Positions 1 to 8,527 of a stretch of 64,000 nucleotides of DNA are shown here, piece by piece. The position numbers and the translations under genes were made by a program. Position 1 is the stretch's first letter. Each line of letters opens with the position of its first letter. Under the pieces are notes generated by a model. That model saw nothing but the letters and a program-made list of their open reading frames with translations, was not told the DNA's origin and made no database searches. This DNA comes from Halorussus marinus (lineage in GTDB: Archaea; Halobacteriota; Halobacteria; Halobacteriales; Haladaptataceae). The stretch covers positions 124,001 through 188,000 of the forward strand of contig NZ_SBIV01000005.1 in NCBI RefSeq assembly GCF_004765795.1. The letters run 5' to 3'.

Positions 1-72
1 TCGGTCATAGACGCGTGGTACGGAACCACCACACATGAAACCCCCGCTACGGGGCGACGATATCGGTCGGGC

Positions 73-675
73 TCACCGGTCGACGCTCGCGGCGCCGCGG
101 TCGAGCGCGGCCCCGACCCGGTCGACGTCGCACACCGCCGACACCGGACGCGGCTCGTCGGGGTCGGCCGGCCGGTCGGCGAGCGACAGTTGCCACCACC
201 CCACGTCGCGCCACTCTCCGCGCTTGTACCCGACCGCTTCGAAGGTCCCGACTCGCTCGAACCCCTTCGACTCGTGGAGTCCGACGCTCGCGGGGTTCGG
301 GAGCGCGATCACCGCCACCGCGAGGTGGAACCGCTGGGCGGCCAGCGTCTCTAACAGCGCCTCGTAGAGTCCAGTCCCGACGCCCCGACCGCGCCAGCCC
401 TCCCGGACGTACGCAGAGACGTCGACCGCCCACCGGTAGGCCGCCCTGTCTTTGTGCGGGCCGGCCTTGGCGAACCCGACCACGGCGTTCGGCTCGGCGT
501 CGCCTTCCTCGGCTTCGCAGACCAGCCACGGGTACTGACCGTCCGCGATCTGCGCTCGGAGGTCGGCGACGCTCGGGGGCGTCTCGGCGAACGAAATCGC
601 GGTCTCGCGGACGACGGGGGCGTAGATCGCCCGGACCGCCGCCGCGTCGTCGGGGGTCGCGAACCGGAGTCTCAC
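73..675 (-). CDS. arsN1: GNAT N-acetyltransferase, phosphinothricin/arsinothricin acetyltransferase (ArsN1-like)
   Basis: IYAPVVRETAISF, RGRGVGTGLY acetyl-CoA motif, PNPASVGLHE and GYKRGEWRDVGWWQ are typical of Pat/YncA; lies in an ars cluster. Confidence 0.8.
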   Translation of the reverse strand: MRLRFATPDDAAAVRAIYAPVVRETAISFAETPPSVADLRAQIADGQYPWLVCEAEEGDAEPNAVVGFAKAGPHKDRAAYRWAVDVSAYVREGWRGRGVGTGLYEALLETLAAQRFHLAVAVIALPNPASVGLHESKGFERVGTFEAVGYKRGEWRDVGWWQLSLADRPADPDEPRPVSAVCDVDRVGAALDRGAASVDR

Positions 676-1118
676 GGGTCGACCTCCCGGCGCATGCAGA
701 CCGCGGCGTCGGGACAGAGGTCGTCGAACTCGGGGGTCTCTCTCAGCGACTCGGGCGCCGACTCGCGTTCGACGCGCTCGAAACCCAGCGACGAGAAAAA
801 CCCCGACGCCGTGGTCGTGAGCAAGTAGACGCTCTCGACGCCCTCGTCGGCGGCCTCGGCGAGCAGTCGGTCCCAGAGCGCGCGGCCGTACCCCTCGCCG
901 CGGGCCGACTCCGCGATCGCCACCGAGCGCACCAGCGCGTGGTCGCCCCGACGCTGGAGGCCGCCGACGCCGACGCGCTCGCCGTCGACCTCACAGCAGT
1001 AGAGCCACTCGAGGTCTTCGGGGAGGTCTTCGACTGGCAGGTCATTGGCCGCCAGCAGCGACTCGGCGTACCCGCGCTCGGCGGGGTCGGCCGGCCGGAT
1101 GCAGATGTCGGTCGCCAT
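672..1118 (-). CDS. arsN2: arsenic resistance N-acetyltransferase ArsN2-like
   Basis: LLAANDLPVEDL, RGEGYG motif, YLLTTTA, C-terminal EFDDLCPDAAVCM; 4-nt overlap with the arsN1-like gene. Confidence 0.8.
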   Translation of the reverse strand: MATDICIRPADPAERGYAESLLAANDLPVEDLPEDLEWLYCCEVDGERVGVGGLQRRGDHALVRSVAIAESARGEGYGRALWDRLLAEAADEGVESVYLLTTTASGFFSSLGFERVERESAPESLRETPEFDDLCPDAAVCMRREVDP

Positions 1119-1123
1119 GCAGA

Positions 1124-1145
1124 ACGAATCGATCTGATACGATAT
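1124..1145. promoter_or_regulatory. putative ArsR operator 1, ACGAATCG-N8-CGATAT
   Basis: ATCG-N8-CGAT palindrome at 1128-1143 just upstream of the arsN2 start; same flanks as the copy at 1232. Confidence 0.6.
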
Positions 1146-1231
1146 AAAAGTTTGGCGTGTGCTAGCGGTTCTAGGATCGAAATCGGAATATTAGGAACTA
1201 GAACGTGGTCGTGGCAAACCCTTATCCGAAC

Positions 1232-1253
1232 ACGAATCGTGCTAGCTCGATAT
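1232..1253. promoter_or_regulatory. putative ArsR operator 2, ACGAATCG-N8-CGATAT
   Basis: ATCG-N8-CGAT at 1236-1251 abutting the arsR ATG. Confidence 0.6.
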
Positions 1254-1641
1254 GAGTGAAACCGGCGACTCGGCGCCGACCGGCGAAGCCCGCGAGACGC
1301 TCGAACGGCTGTACGACGACCCCGACGAAGAGATCCGAGCGCTGTTGGCGAACGGTCCCGACGAGGCCGCCGTCGAGGCCCAGTACCCCGTGTTCCGGGC
1401 GCTCGCCAACGAGGACCGACTCCGGATCCTCGACGCGCTCCGGGACGGCGAGCGGTGTGGCTGCGAGCTGATGGTGCTGGTCGAGGCGCCCCAGTCGACG
1501 GTCGCGACTCACCTCCGGAAGCTCCGGGACGACGGGCTGGTCACGAGTCGCAAGAAGGGCAAGTGGAACTACTACCGCATCGCCGACGCCGCGGTGATGG
1601 ACGTGCTCGATCTGGCGGTCGTGCTCCGGGGTGAGGGATGA
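1252..1641 (+). CDS. arsR: ArsR/SmtB family transcriptional repressor
   Basis: FRALANEDRLRIL, CGCEL metalloid box, QSTVATHLRKL HTH, RKKGKWNYY wing. Confidence 0.92.
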   Translation: MSETGDSAPTGEARETLERLYDDPDEEIRALLANGPDEAAVEAQYPVFRALANEDRLRILDALRDGERCGCELMVLVEAPQSTVATHLRKLRDDGLVTSRKKGKWNYYRIADAAVMDVLDLAVVLRGEG

Positions 1642-2621
1642 CCGGGGCGCTCGCGGGCGACCTCGCGGCCGCGTGGGACTTTTTCGTCCACCTCGGGGTG
1701 GTGCTCGTCCCGCTGTTCGTCGGCGGCGCGTTTCTGGTCGGCCTGCTACAGGAGTACCTGCCCCCCGAGCGAGTCGAGGCCATCCTCGGGCGCCACGACG
1801 GCGGGGCGGGGAACGTCGCGGCGGCCGGCATCGGCGCGGTCACGCCGTTCTGTTCGTGTTCGACGGTGCCGGTACTCGCCGGCCTGCTGAGCGCGGGCGC
1901 GCCGCTCGGGCTGGCGTTCTCCTTTCTGCTCGCCTCGCCGCTCGTCAACGAACTCGCGGTCCTGCTGTTGGTCGGGCTGTTCGGACTCCGGATCGCGGCC
2001 GTCTACGTCGCGGTCACGCTGGTCGCGGCGATCGTCTTCGGGCTCGCAATCGGTCGTCTCGGGCTCGAGGACCACCTCAAGGACGTCGATCTGCTCGCGG
2101 CCGACTCCCCGCGGGCCGCGACCGACGGTGGGGTCTCGACGGGCGAGGCGGCCGCCGACTGCGAGACCTGTGGCTGTGGCGCCGACCGGCCCGCCCCGGC
2201 GTCTCACCGCGAGCGGGTCCGGCGGGCCGCGACCGGCGCCCGGGAGTTCTTCGTCGACCTGCTCCCGTACCTCCTGCTCGGGATGACGCTCGGAGCCATC
2301 GTCCACGGGTTCGTGCCGGCCGAACTCCTCCGGAGCGTCATCGGCCCCGACAACCCCGTGGCGGTCCCCATCGCGGCGGTCGCGGGGGCGCCGATCTACG
2401 TGAGCATGAGCGCGATGCTCCCGATCGCGGCGTCGTTCGCCGCGCAGGGCATCCCCATCGGCACCGTGCTGGCGTTCGTGGTCGGGAGCGCGGGCGTCAG
2501 CGTCCCGAACCTCGTGTTGCTCAACAAGCTGTTCGACCGGACCCTGCTGGCCGCCTACGCCGCGACGGTCGTCGCCACCGGGATCGGGGTCGGGCTGTTG
2601 TTCAACGCAGTCGGGCTCTGA
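1638..2621 (+). CDS. arsP: ArsP-type (DUF318) organoarsenical efflux permease
   Basis: Two hydrophobic halves, TPFCSCSTVP motif, Cys-rich linker CETCGC; ATGA overlap with arsR. Confidence 0.8.
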   Translation: MTGALAGDLAAAWDFFVHLGVVLVPLFVGGAFLVGLLQEYLPPERVEAILGRHDGGAGNVAAAGIGAVTPFCSCSTVPVLAGLLSAGAPLGLAFSFLLASPLVNELAVLLLVGLFGLRIAAVYVAVTLVAAIVFGLAIGRLGLEDHLKDVDLLAADSPRAATDGGVSTGEAAADCETCGCGADRPAPASHRERVRRAATGAREFFVDLLPYLLLGMTLGAIVHGFVPAELLRSVIGPDNPVAVPIAAVAGAPIYVSMSAMLPIAASFAAQGIPIGTVLAFVVGSAGVSVPNLVLLNKLFDRTLLAAYAATVVATGIGVGLLFNAVGL

Positions 2622-2720
2622 GACCGTCGATCGCGATCCTCCGGCCGACGGGACGGCGGGCCCCGGCAGTCCGGGCCCCCAAGGTCAACCTTCATGGCCC
2701 CGTGCGACAGATGTGGTACT

Positions 2721-3749
2721 ATGACACAGGCCGCATACGAACCCGTCGAATCGCCCGACGCCACGACGGTGTTTCCGTACCACGACCTCACGCCGCCGAC
2801 GACGAGAGACGTCTACGAGGCCCGCCCGACCGTGCGAGACCACCTGCCGAAGACGCCGCTGGTCCGCAGCGAGTACCTCTCGGCGGAGCTCGACGCCGAC
2901 GTGTACCTCAAGCGCGAGGACACCCTCCCGACCGGCGCGTTCAAGGTCCGGGGCGGGGTGACGCTCGGCGCCCGCCTCGACGAGGAGTTTCGCGAGCGCG
3001 GGCTCATCGCGGCCAGCACGGGCAACCACGGCCAGTCGGTCGCCTACGCCGGCCGGACCTTCGACGTGCCGGTCACCATCGCGGTCCCCGACGACCCCAA
3101 CCCGGGCAAGGTCCGGTCGATGGAGCGGCTCGGCGCGACCGTCCTCGAGCGGGGCGCGAGCTACGACGTCGCCCGCGAGTGGGCCGAACAGCGAGCCGCC
3201 GAGGAGGGCTACCGCTACGTTCACTCGGCGAACGAGCCCGACCTGATCGCGGGCGTCGGCACCGCCGGCCTCGAAGTGCTCGACGAACTCCCCGACGTCG
3301 ACGCGGTGTACTGCCCGGTCGGCGGCGGGAGCGGCGCGGCGGGCTACTGTCTCACGCTCGGCGCGATCGCCGACGCTCGAATCGTGGGCGTGCAGGCCGC
3401 GGGCGCCGACGCGGTCTACCGTGGGTTCCACGAGGGCCACCTCGAACCCGGCGACGGCACCGACACGACCGCCGAGGGGATCGCCTCCCACGTCCCGTTC
3501 GCGCTCACGATGGACGTGATGTGCGACCGACTCGACGACCTCGAAACCGTCACCGACGAGGAGATCTGGGACGCCGTGAGGGCGACGTTCCGCGAGGACA
3601 ACCTCACCGTCGAGGGCGCGACGGGCGCGGGCATCGCCGCCGCGCTCCGGGCCGGCGAGGATCTCGCGGGCCAGACGGTCGTGATTCCGGTCACGGGCCG
3701 GAACGTCGCGGCGGACAAACTGGTCGCGGCGCTGGAGGGGGATCGATGA
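2721..3749 (+). CDS. PLP-dependent threonine/serine dehydratase family protein
   Basis: LKRED..PTGAFKVRG PLP lysine, ASTGNHGQ, PVGGGSG. Confidence 0.88.
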   Translation: MTQAAYEPVESPDATTVFPYHDLTPPTTRDVYEARPTVRDHLPKTPLVRSEYLSAELDADVYLKREDTLPTGAFKVRGGVTLGARLDEEFRERGLIAASTGNHGQSVAYAGRTFDVPVTIAVPDDPNPGKVRSMERLGATVLERGASYDVAREWAEQRAAEEGYRYVHSANEPDLIAGVGTAGLEVLDELPDVDAVYCPVGGGSGAAGYCLTLGAIADARIVGVQAAGADAVYRGFHEGHLEPGDGTDTTAEGIASHVPFALTMDVMCDRLDDLETVTDEEIWDAVRATFREDNLTVEGATGAGIAAALRAGEDLAGQTVVIPVTGRNVAADKLVAALEGDR

Positions 3750-5086
3750 GCGACGCCGCCGACCCCGACTCCGCGGCCGGCCGGACGCCCGTCCGCGAAC
3801 GCCTCTCGGCGCTCCGACGGGAGTTCCACCGCTACCCCGAGCCCGCGTGGCGGGAGTTTCACACCACCTGCAAGCTCGTCGAGGAGATCGAGGGGATCGG
3901 CGTCGACGACCTGTTCGTCGGCCGCGACGCGATGGCGCCCGACGAGCGCATCGCGGTCCCCGACGACGACGAACTCGCCGAGTGGCGCGAGGCGGCCCGC
4001 GACCGGGGCGCGGACCCCGACCGCCTCGACCGGCTGGACGACTGTACCGGCGCGGTCGCGGTGCTCGATCGGGGCGAGGGCCCGACGGTCGCGCTCCGGG
4101 TCGACATCGACGGGCTGATCCGGGCCGAATCGACCGCCGACGACCACGTCCCGGCCGCCGAGGGGTTCCGATCGGAGAACGAGGGCGTGATGCACGCCTG
4201 CGGTCACGACGCCCACATGACGGTCGGGCTCGCGGTGCTCGAAGCGATCAAAGACAGCGACTTTTCGGGGACGTTCAAGGTGTTCTTCCAGCCCGCCGAG
4301 GAGAAGGCCGGCGGCGCGCGCCCGATGGCCAAAGGCCCCCATATCGCGGACGTCGACTACCTGTTCGCGCTCCACGTCGGGCTCAACCATCCCACCGGCG
4401 AGGTGGTGGCCGGGATGGTCGAGCCGCTCGCGGTCACCAGCTTCGACCTCGAGTTCCGGGGCGAGTCGGCCCACGCCGGTCTCGCGCCAAACGAGGGCCG
4501 CAACGCGATGCAGGCGCTCGGCACCGCCATCGAGAACGCCTACGCGATCCCGCGCCACGAGGACGGCGCGACCCGGATGAACATCGGGAAGGTCGCGGGC
4601 GGGACCGCCTCGAACATCGTCGCCGAGCGCGTCGACGCCGAGGCCGAGGTCCGCGGGGAGACCACCGAACTGATGGAGTACACCCGCGAGCGCTTCGAGC
4701 GGGCGGTTCGGGGCGCCGCCGAGATGCACGACTGCGAGGTCGAGATCACCGTCGAGGGACAGGCGCCCCGGGCCGACAGCGACCCCGAACTCGCGGGGCT
4801 GGTCCACGAGGCCGCGTCGGGCCACGCCGACGTCACCGACCCGATCGAGTCGGCCCCCTTCGGCGCGAGCGAGGACGCCACCTTCCTGATGGACGCGGTC
4901 CAGCAGAACGGCGGGGCGGCCGCCTACGCCATCGTGGGCACCGACCACCCGACCGGTCACCACACCGCGACGTTCGACGTCGACGAGGCCACCATCCCGA
5001 TCGCTGTCGACGTGCTGACCGACGCGGTGCTGGCGGCGTTCGAACGCGATCCCCTCGGACGCGCCGGCCCCGACGGCTCGGCGTAA
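3746..5086 (+). CDS. M20 amidohydrolase (AbgA-like)
   Basis: RREFHRYPEPAWREF, LRVDIDGL, MHACGHDAH, FQPAEE, ASEDAT, GHHT; real start 3746 inside the 1631..5086 ORF. Confidence 0.88.
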   Translation: MSDAADPDSAAGRTPVRERLSALRREFHRYPEPAWREFHTTCKLVEEIEGIGVDDLFVGRDAMAPDERIAVPDDDELAEWREAARDRGADPDRLDRLDDCTGAVAVLDRGEGPTVALRVDIDGLIRAESTADDHVPAAEGFRSENEGVMHACGHDAHMTVGLAVLEAIKDSDFSGTFKVFFQPAEEKAGGARPMAKGPHIADVDYLFALHVGLNHPTGEVVAGMVEPLAVTSFDLEFRGESAHAGLAPNEGRNAMQALGTAIENAYAIPRHEDGATRMNIGKVAGGTASNIVAERVDAEAEVRGETTELMEYTRERFERAVRGAAEMHDCEVEITVEGQAPRADSDPELAGLVHEAASGHADVTDPIESAPFGASEDATFLMDAVQQNGGAAAYAIVGTDHPTGHHTATFDVDEATIPIAVDVLTDAVLAAFERDPLGRAGPDGSA

Positions 5087-5128
5087 CGTCTCCGGCCGCT
5101 TCGGTCGCCGTCGCGCGGTGACCCGGCG

Positions 5129-5371
5129 CTACCGCTGGTTCTTTCGTCGCTGCTCTTCGGCCTCGGCCTCGTACTTGCGGGCGGTCCGCTCGTCCTGGAG
5201 CTTTCGCTTGTACTCCCAGTAGCCGGCCACGATGACGAGCACCCCGAGGGCCGCGCCTCTGAGCGGCGTCCCGGCCAGCGAGAAGTAGGCGAACGCGCCG
5301 ACGGCGAACAGAATCGAGAGCCCGAGCGTCATCTTCGCCCATCCCTGCCGGGGCACCCGACGGTCGTCCAT
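5129..5371 (-). CDS. small two-TM membrane protein
   Basis: MDDRRVPRQGW start, two hydrophobic helices, charged tail. Confidence 0.6.
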   Translation of the reverse strand: MDDRRVPRQGWAKMTLGLSILFAVGAFAYFSLAGTPLRGAALGVLVIVAGYWEYKRKLQDERTARKYEAEAEEQRRKNQR

Positions 5372-5449
5372 ACCCCGGGATTCCGGGGCCTCGCGTATCA
5401 AAGTTCGCCTTTCTCCGGACTTATGTCGCCGCCCGTCTAACTGACGTGC

Positions 5450-6982
5450 ATGACCGACGAGACGGTCGTCGTGGGGGAGTTCTCCCACGAGACCAACACG
5501 TTCGCGGCCCGGCCGACCGACCGGGCGGCGTTCGCCGACCGCCGAGAGTACGTCGGCGCGGCGCTACTTGACGCGCTCCGCGGGACCAACACGACGGTCG
5601 GCGGCGTCGTGGACGCCGCCGAGGATCGCGATCTCGACCTCGTGGCGAGCGTCGCGGCGGCCGCCACGCCGGGCGGGATCGTCACCGCCGACGCCTACGA
5701 CTTCTACGTCGAGGAGATCCTCTCGACGGTCCGGTCGAACGCCGCGGACCTCGACGGCGTCGTGCTCTCGCTCCACGGCGCGATGGTCCCCGAGGACGGC
5801 ACCGACGGCGAGGGGCCGCTCCTCTCGGCGGTCCGGGAGGCGGTCGGCCCCGATGTGCCGGTGGTCGCCACCCTCGACCTCCACGCCAACGTCACCGACG
5901 AGATGGTGGCCGCCGCCGACGCGCTGGTCGCGTTCGAGACCTACCCCCACGTCGACACCGCCGAGACCGGCCGGCGCGCGACCGAACTGCTCGTCGACCT
6001 GCTTCGGGACGACCGCGAGCTCTCGATGCGGATCGAGCGCCCCCCGATGTTGCCGTACGGCCCGCTCCAGAACACCCGGTCGGGGCCGATGGCGGAGGTG
6101 ATGGCGACCGCCCGCCGGTTCGAGGGCCGGGACGGCGTCGCGAAGGTCAACGTCTTCCCCGGCTTCCACAAGGCCGACGTGCCCGCGATGGGGTGTTCGG
6201 TCGTGTCGGTCGCCGACGACGCCTCGGCCGCCGAGTGGGCCGCCCGCGACCTCGCGGCCGAGCTCTGGGAGATGCGCGAGGCGTTCGTCGGCGAGTTCCC
6301 CGACCCCCACGACGCGGTCGGACGGGCGCTCCGGAGCGAGGCGGTCGCCGACCCCGAGGCCGGCCCGGTCGTGCTCGCGGACAGCGGCGACAACCCCGGC
6401 GGCGGCGGCACCGGCGACGAGACCGCGATCCTGCGCGAACTCGTCGACCGCGGCGCGACCAACGCCGGCATGGCGCTGCTGGCCGACCCCGAGGCGGTCG
6501 CGGCCTGCCTCGACGCGGGCGTCGGCGAGCGAGTCACCGTCTCGCTCGGGGGCCGGGCCGACGGCTCGTTCACCCCGCCGATCGGCGACGTCGACGGCTA
6601 CGTCGCGGCGATCACCGACGGCGAGTTCCGCAACACCGGCCCGATGGCGACCGGCACCGAGAACCACCTCGGGCGGACCGTGCTGTTCCGGTGTGGCCGC
6701 GAGGACGGCGTCTCGGTCGTCCTGACCGAAAAGCGGATCCAGCCCCTCGACGCCGAAATCTGGCGCCACGTCGGGGTCGCGCCCGAGCGCCTCGACGTGA
6801 TCGCGGTCAAGTCGAACAACCACTACCGGGCGAGCTACGAGCCGTTCGCGAGCGAGATCATCACGGTCAACAGCCCGGGCGTGGCGGCGTTCGACCCCCA
6901 CCAGTACGACTACCGGCGCATCGACCGGCCGGTGTTCCCCCTCGACGAGATGGCCGCCGACGACTACCCCGACTGGTACTGA
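5450..6982 (+). CDS. M81 family metallopeptidase (MlrC-like)
   Basis: HETNTF, LSLHGAMV, DLHAN, TYPHVD, DNPGGG..GD, VKSNNHYRA. Confidence 0.9.
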   Translation: MTDETVVVGEFSHETNTFAARPTDRAAFADRREYVGAALLDALRGTNTTVGGVVDAAEDRDLDLVASVAAAATPGGIVTADAYDFYVEEILSTVRSNAADLDGVVLSLHGAMVPEDGTDGEGPLLSAVREAVGPDVPVVATLDLHANVTDEMVAAADALVAFETYPHVDTAETGRRATELLVDLLRDDRELSMRIERPPMLPYGPLQNTRSGPMAEVMATARRFEGRDGVAKVNVFPGFHKADVPAMGCSVVSVADDASAAEWAARDLAAELWEMREAFVGEFPDPHDAVGRALRSEAVADPEAGPVVLADSGDNPGGGGTGDETAILRELVDRGATNAGMALLADPEAVAACLDAGVGERVTVSLGGRADGSFTPPIGDVDGYVAAITDGEFRNTGPMATGTENHLGRTVLFRCGREDGVSVVLTEKRIQPLDAEIWRHVGVAPERLDVIAVKSNNHYRASYEPFASEIITVNSPGVAAFDPHQYDYRRIDRPVFPLDEMAADDYPDWY

Positions 6983-7016
6983 GTCCGTCGGCGGGTCGAC
7001 CTCGCCGGTCGTCGGT

Positions 7017-7649
7017 CTACCGGTCGGCGGGGAAAAATCGCTCGCGAACCGACTCGGCGACCCCGGTCAAGTGGGCCTGTCCGAAGACCGCGACCAGCAG
7101 GGCGCCGAGCGAGTTGAACATCGCGTCCCGAACCGTATCGTCGAGCCCGTGCTGGGCCAGCGGCATGGTGCGCCCGGTCGCGTCGGCGAGGGCGTCGAGG
7201 CCGAACTCGAACAACTCCCAGGCGACGCCGAACGAAAGCACCACCACGAAGATGTAGACCGAGAAGAACCGCCGCGGGATGTGGATGTCGTCGCTGTGGA
7301 GGTCGATGGCTCTGGCGGTCGTGTACCCGACCGCCGCGAGGAGCGAGGCCGACATCGCGTGGGTGAGGTGGTCCCACCAGCCGATCCGGGCGTAGAAGCC
7401 GGCCGACCCGAGCGTGTGCAACAGCACCGCGGTCGTGATCCAGAGGCCGAGCCACGGGTCCAGCGGGAGGTCGTAGTTGCGCTCGAACGCCGCGGGCAGG
7501 AACGTGACCACCAGGGCGAGGAGGCCGTTGACGATCGGCTTGGGCTGGCCGGTCAGGCCGCCGTAGCCGACGAGTCCGACCAGCACGACCTGCATCCCGC
7601 GAGTGAGTCGCCGCTGGTTCCGGAGCGACGGTCGCGGTAACGGGGTCAC
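7017..7649 (-). CDS. membrane protein with putative metal-binding motifs (DUF2238-like)
   Basis: Multiple TMs; HTLG...WDHLTH...WELFE...DTVRD; GTG start overlaps the upstream stop. Confidence 0.65.
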   Translation of the reverse strand: MTPLPRPSLRNQRRLTRGMQVVLVGLVGYGGLTGQPKPIVNGLLALVVTFLPAAFERNYDLPLDPWLGLWITTAVLLHTLGSAGFYARIGWWDHLTHAMSASLLAAVGYTTARAIDLHSDDIHIPRRFFSVYIFVVVLSFGVAWELFEFGLDALADATGRTMPLAQHGLDDTVRDAMFNSLGALLVAVFGQAHLTGVAESVRERFFPADR

Positions 7650-8284
7650 CGTCTCACCGTCCGTTTGATCGCCCGCCAGAGCCGCCGGTCGCGCCGTCTG
7701 AAGTAGCCGTCGAACAGCACGCCCGCGGCGACGCCGGCCAGCGTGACGTACAGCCACTCGGTCATCAGCGCCTCGTTGTCGGCGAGGTACGCCGTCCCGA
7801 GAAACCGGTCTGCGTTCCACCGGAACACCGTCCAGGCCGCGACCGCCGCCATCGTCGTCATCACCACGAGCACGACGGCGAACCAGTGGGTGACCTCCAG
7901 CGCGGTGAACATGTGGAGTTCGACGATGACGAGCAACGCGAGCGCCGCGAGCGCGAGGTAGGTGGCGAAGGTGCCGACGCTCCCGCCGACGAGCCCGCGG
8001 ACCAGAATCGGCAGCGTCGCGACCACGAGCAGTTCCCACGGGAGCATCACCCGCCAGTCGCGGTACGCGACCGGCGGCAAGAGGACGACGGCCCCGACGA
8101 AGCCGACGAACAGTATCCACTGGTAGTCGACTTCGAGCACGCTGTCGGCGAACACGACCGCGAGGACGCCGACTACCACCCACGCGAGCGCGGCGTTGAT
8201 CGTCCCGTCCCGAAAGAGCCCCTGGAGCGCGTCCTCGAGGTCGGCTCGCGGGCTGTCCTCGGCTTCCCGCCCCCGATCGCTCAT
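7646..8284 (-). CDS. membrane protein, possible paralogue of the downstream gene
   Basis: MSDRGREAE start; 5-6 TM helices; LPWELL. Confidence 0.65.
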   Translation of the reverse strand: MSDRGREAEDSPRADLEDALQGLFRDGTINAALAWVVVGVLAVVFADSVLEVDYQWILFVGFVGAVVLLPPVAYRDWRVMLPWELLVVATLPILVRGLVGGSVGTFATYLALAALALLVIVELHMFTALEVTHWFAVVLVVMTTMAAVAAWTVFRWNADRFLGTAYLADNEALMTEWLYVTLAGVAAGVLFDGYFRRRDRRLWRAIKRTVRR

Positions 8285-8527
8285 TGCTTTCGAGTAGAGA
8301 CGGAATCGAGCCATAAGTCCGGCGATGTGCCCACCGCGGCGGCGCCGGACTCGGTCGACGCGCTCGGTCCGGGGATCACATTTTTGCCCGACCCACCATA
8401 CATGTGAGCGTGCGACACGATTCGCCGTCCGAACGACTCTCCCGGCTCCGAGCGAGTCCGCGACGGAGCCGTCCACGGGCGCCGAGACGGCGGGTGATCC
8501 CGAGATGACCGACGACTCGACACCACG

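Noticed and set aside
1..8. Possible minus-strand start codon of another ars gene
   Set aside because: Only two codons are visible; product cannot be identified.
1631..5086. 1151-aa ORF as a fusion protein
   Set aside because: The first ~700 aa are an Arg/Gly/Pro-rich shadow frame over arsP and the dehydratase; only 3746-5086 is coding.
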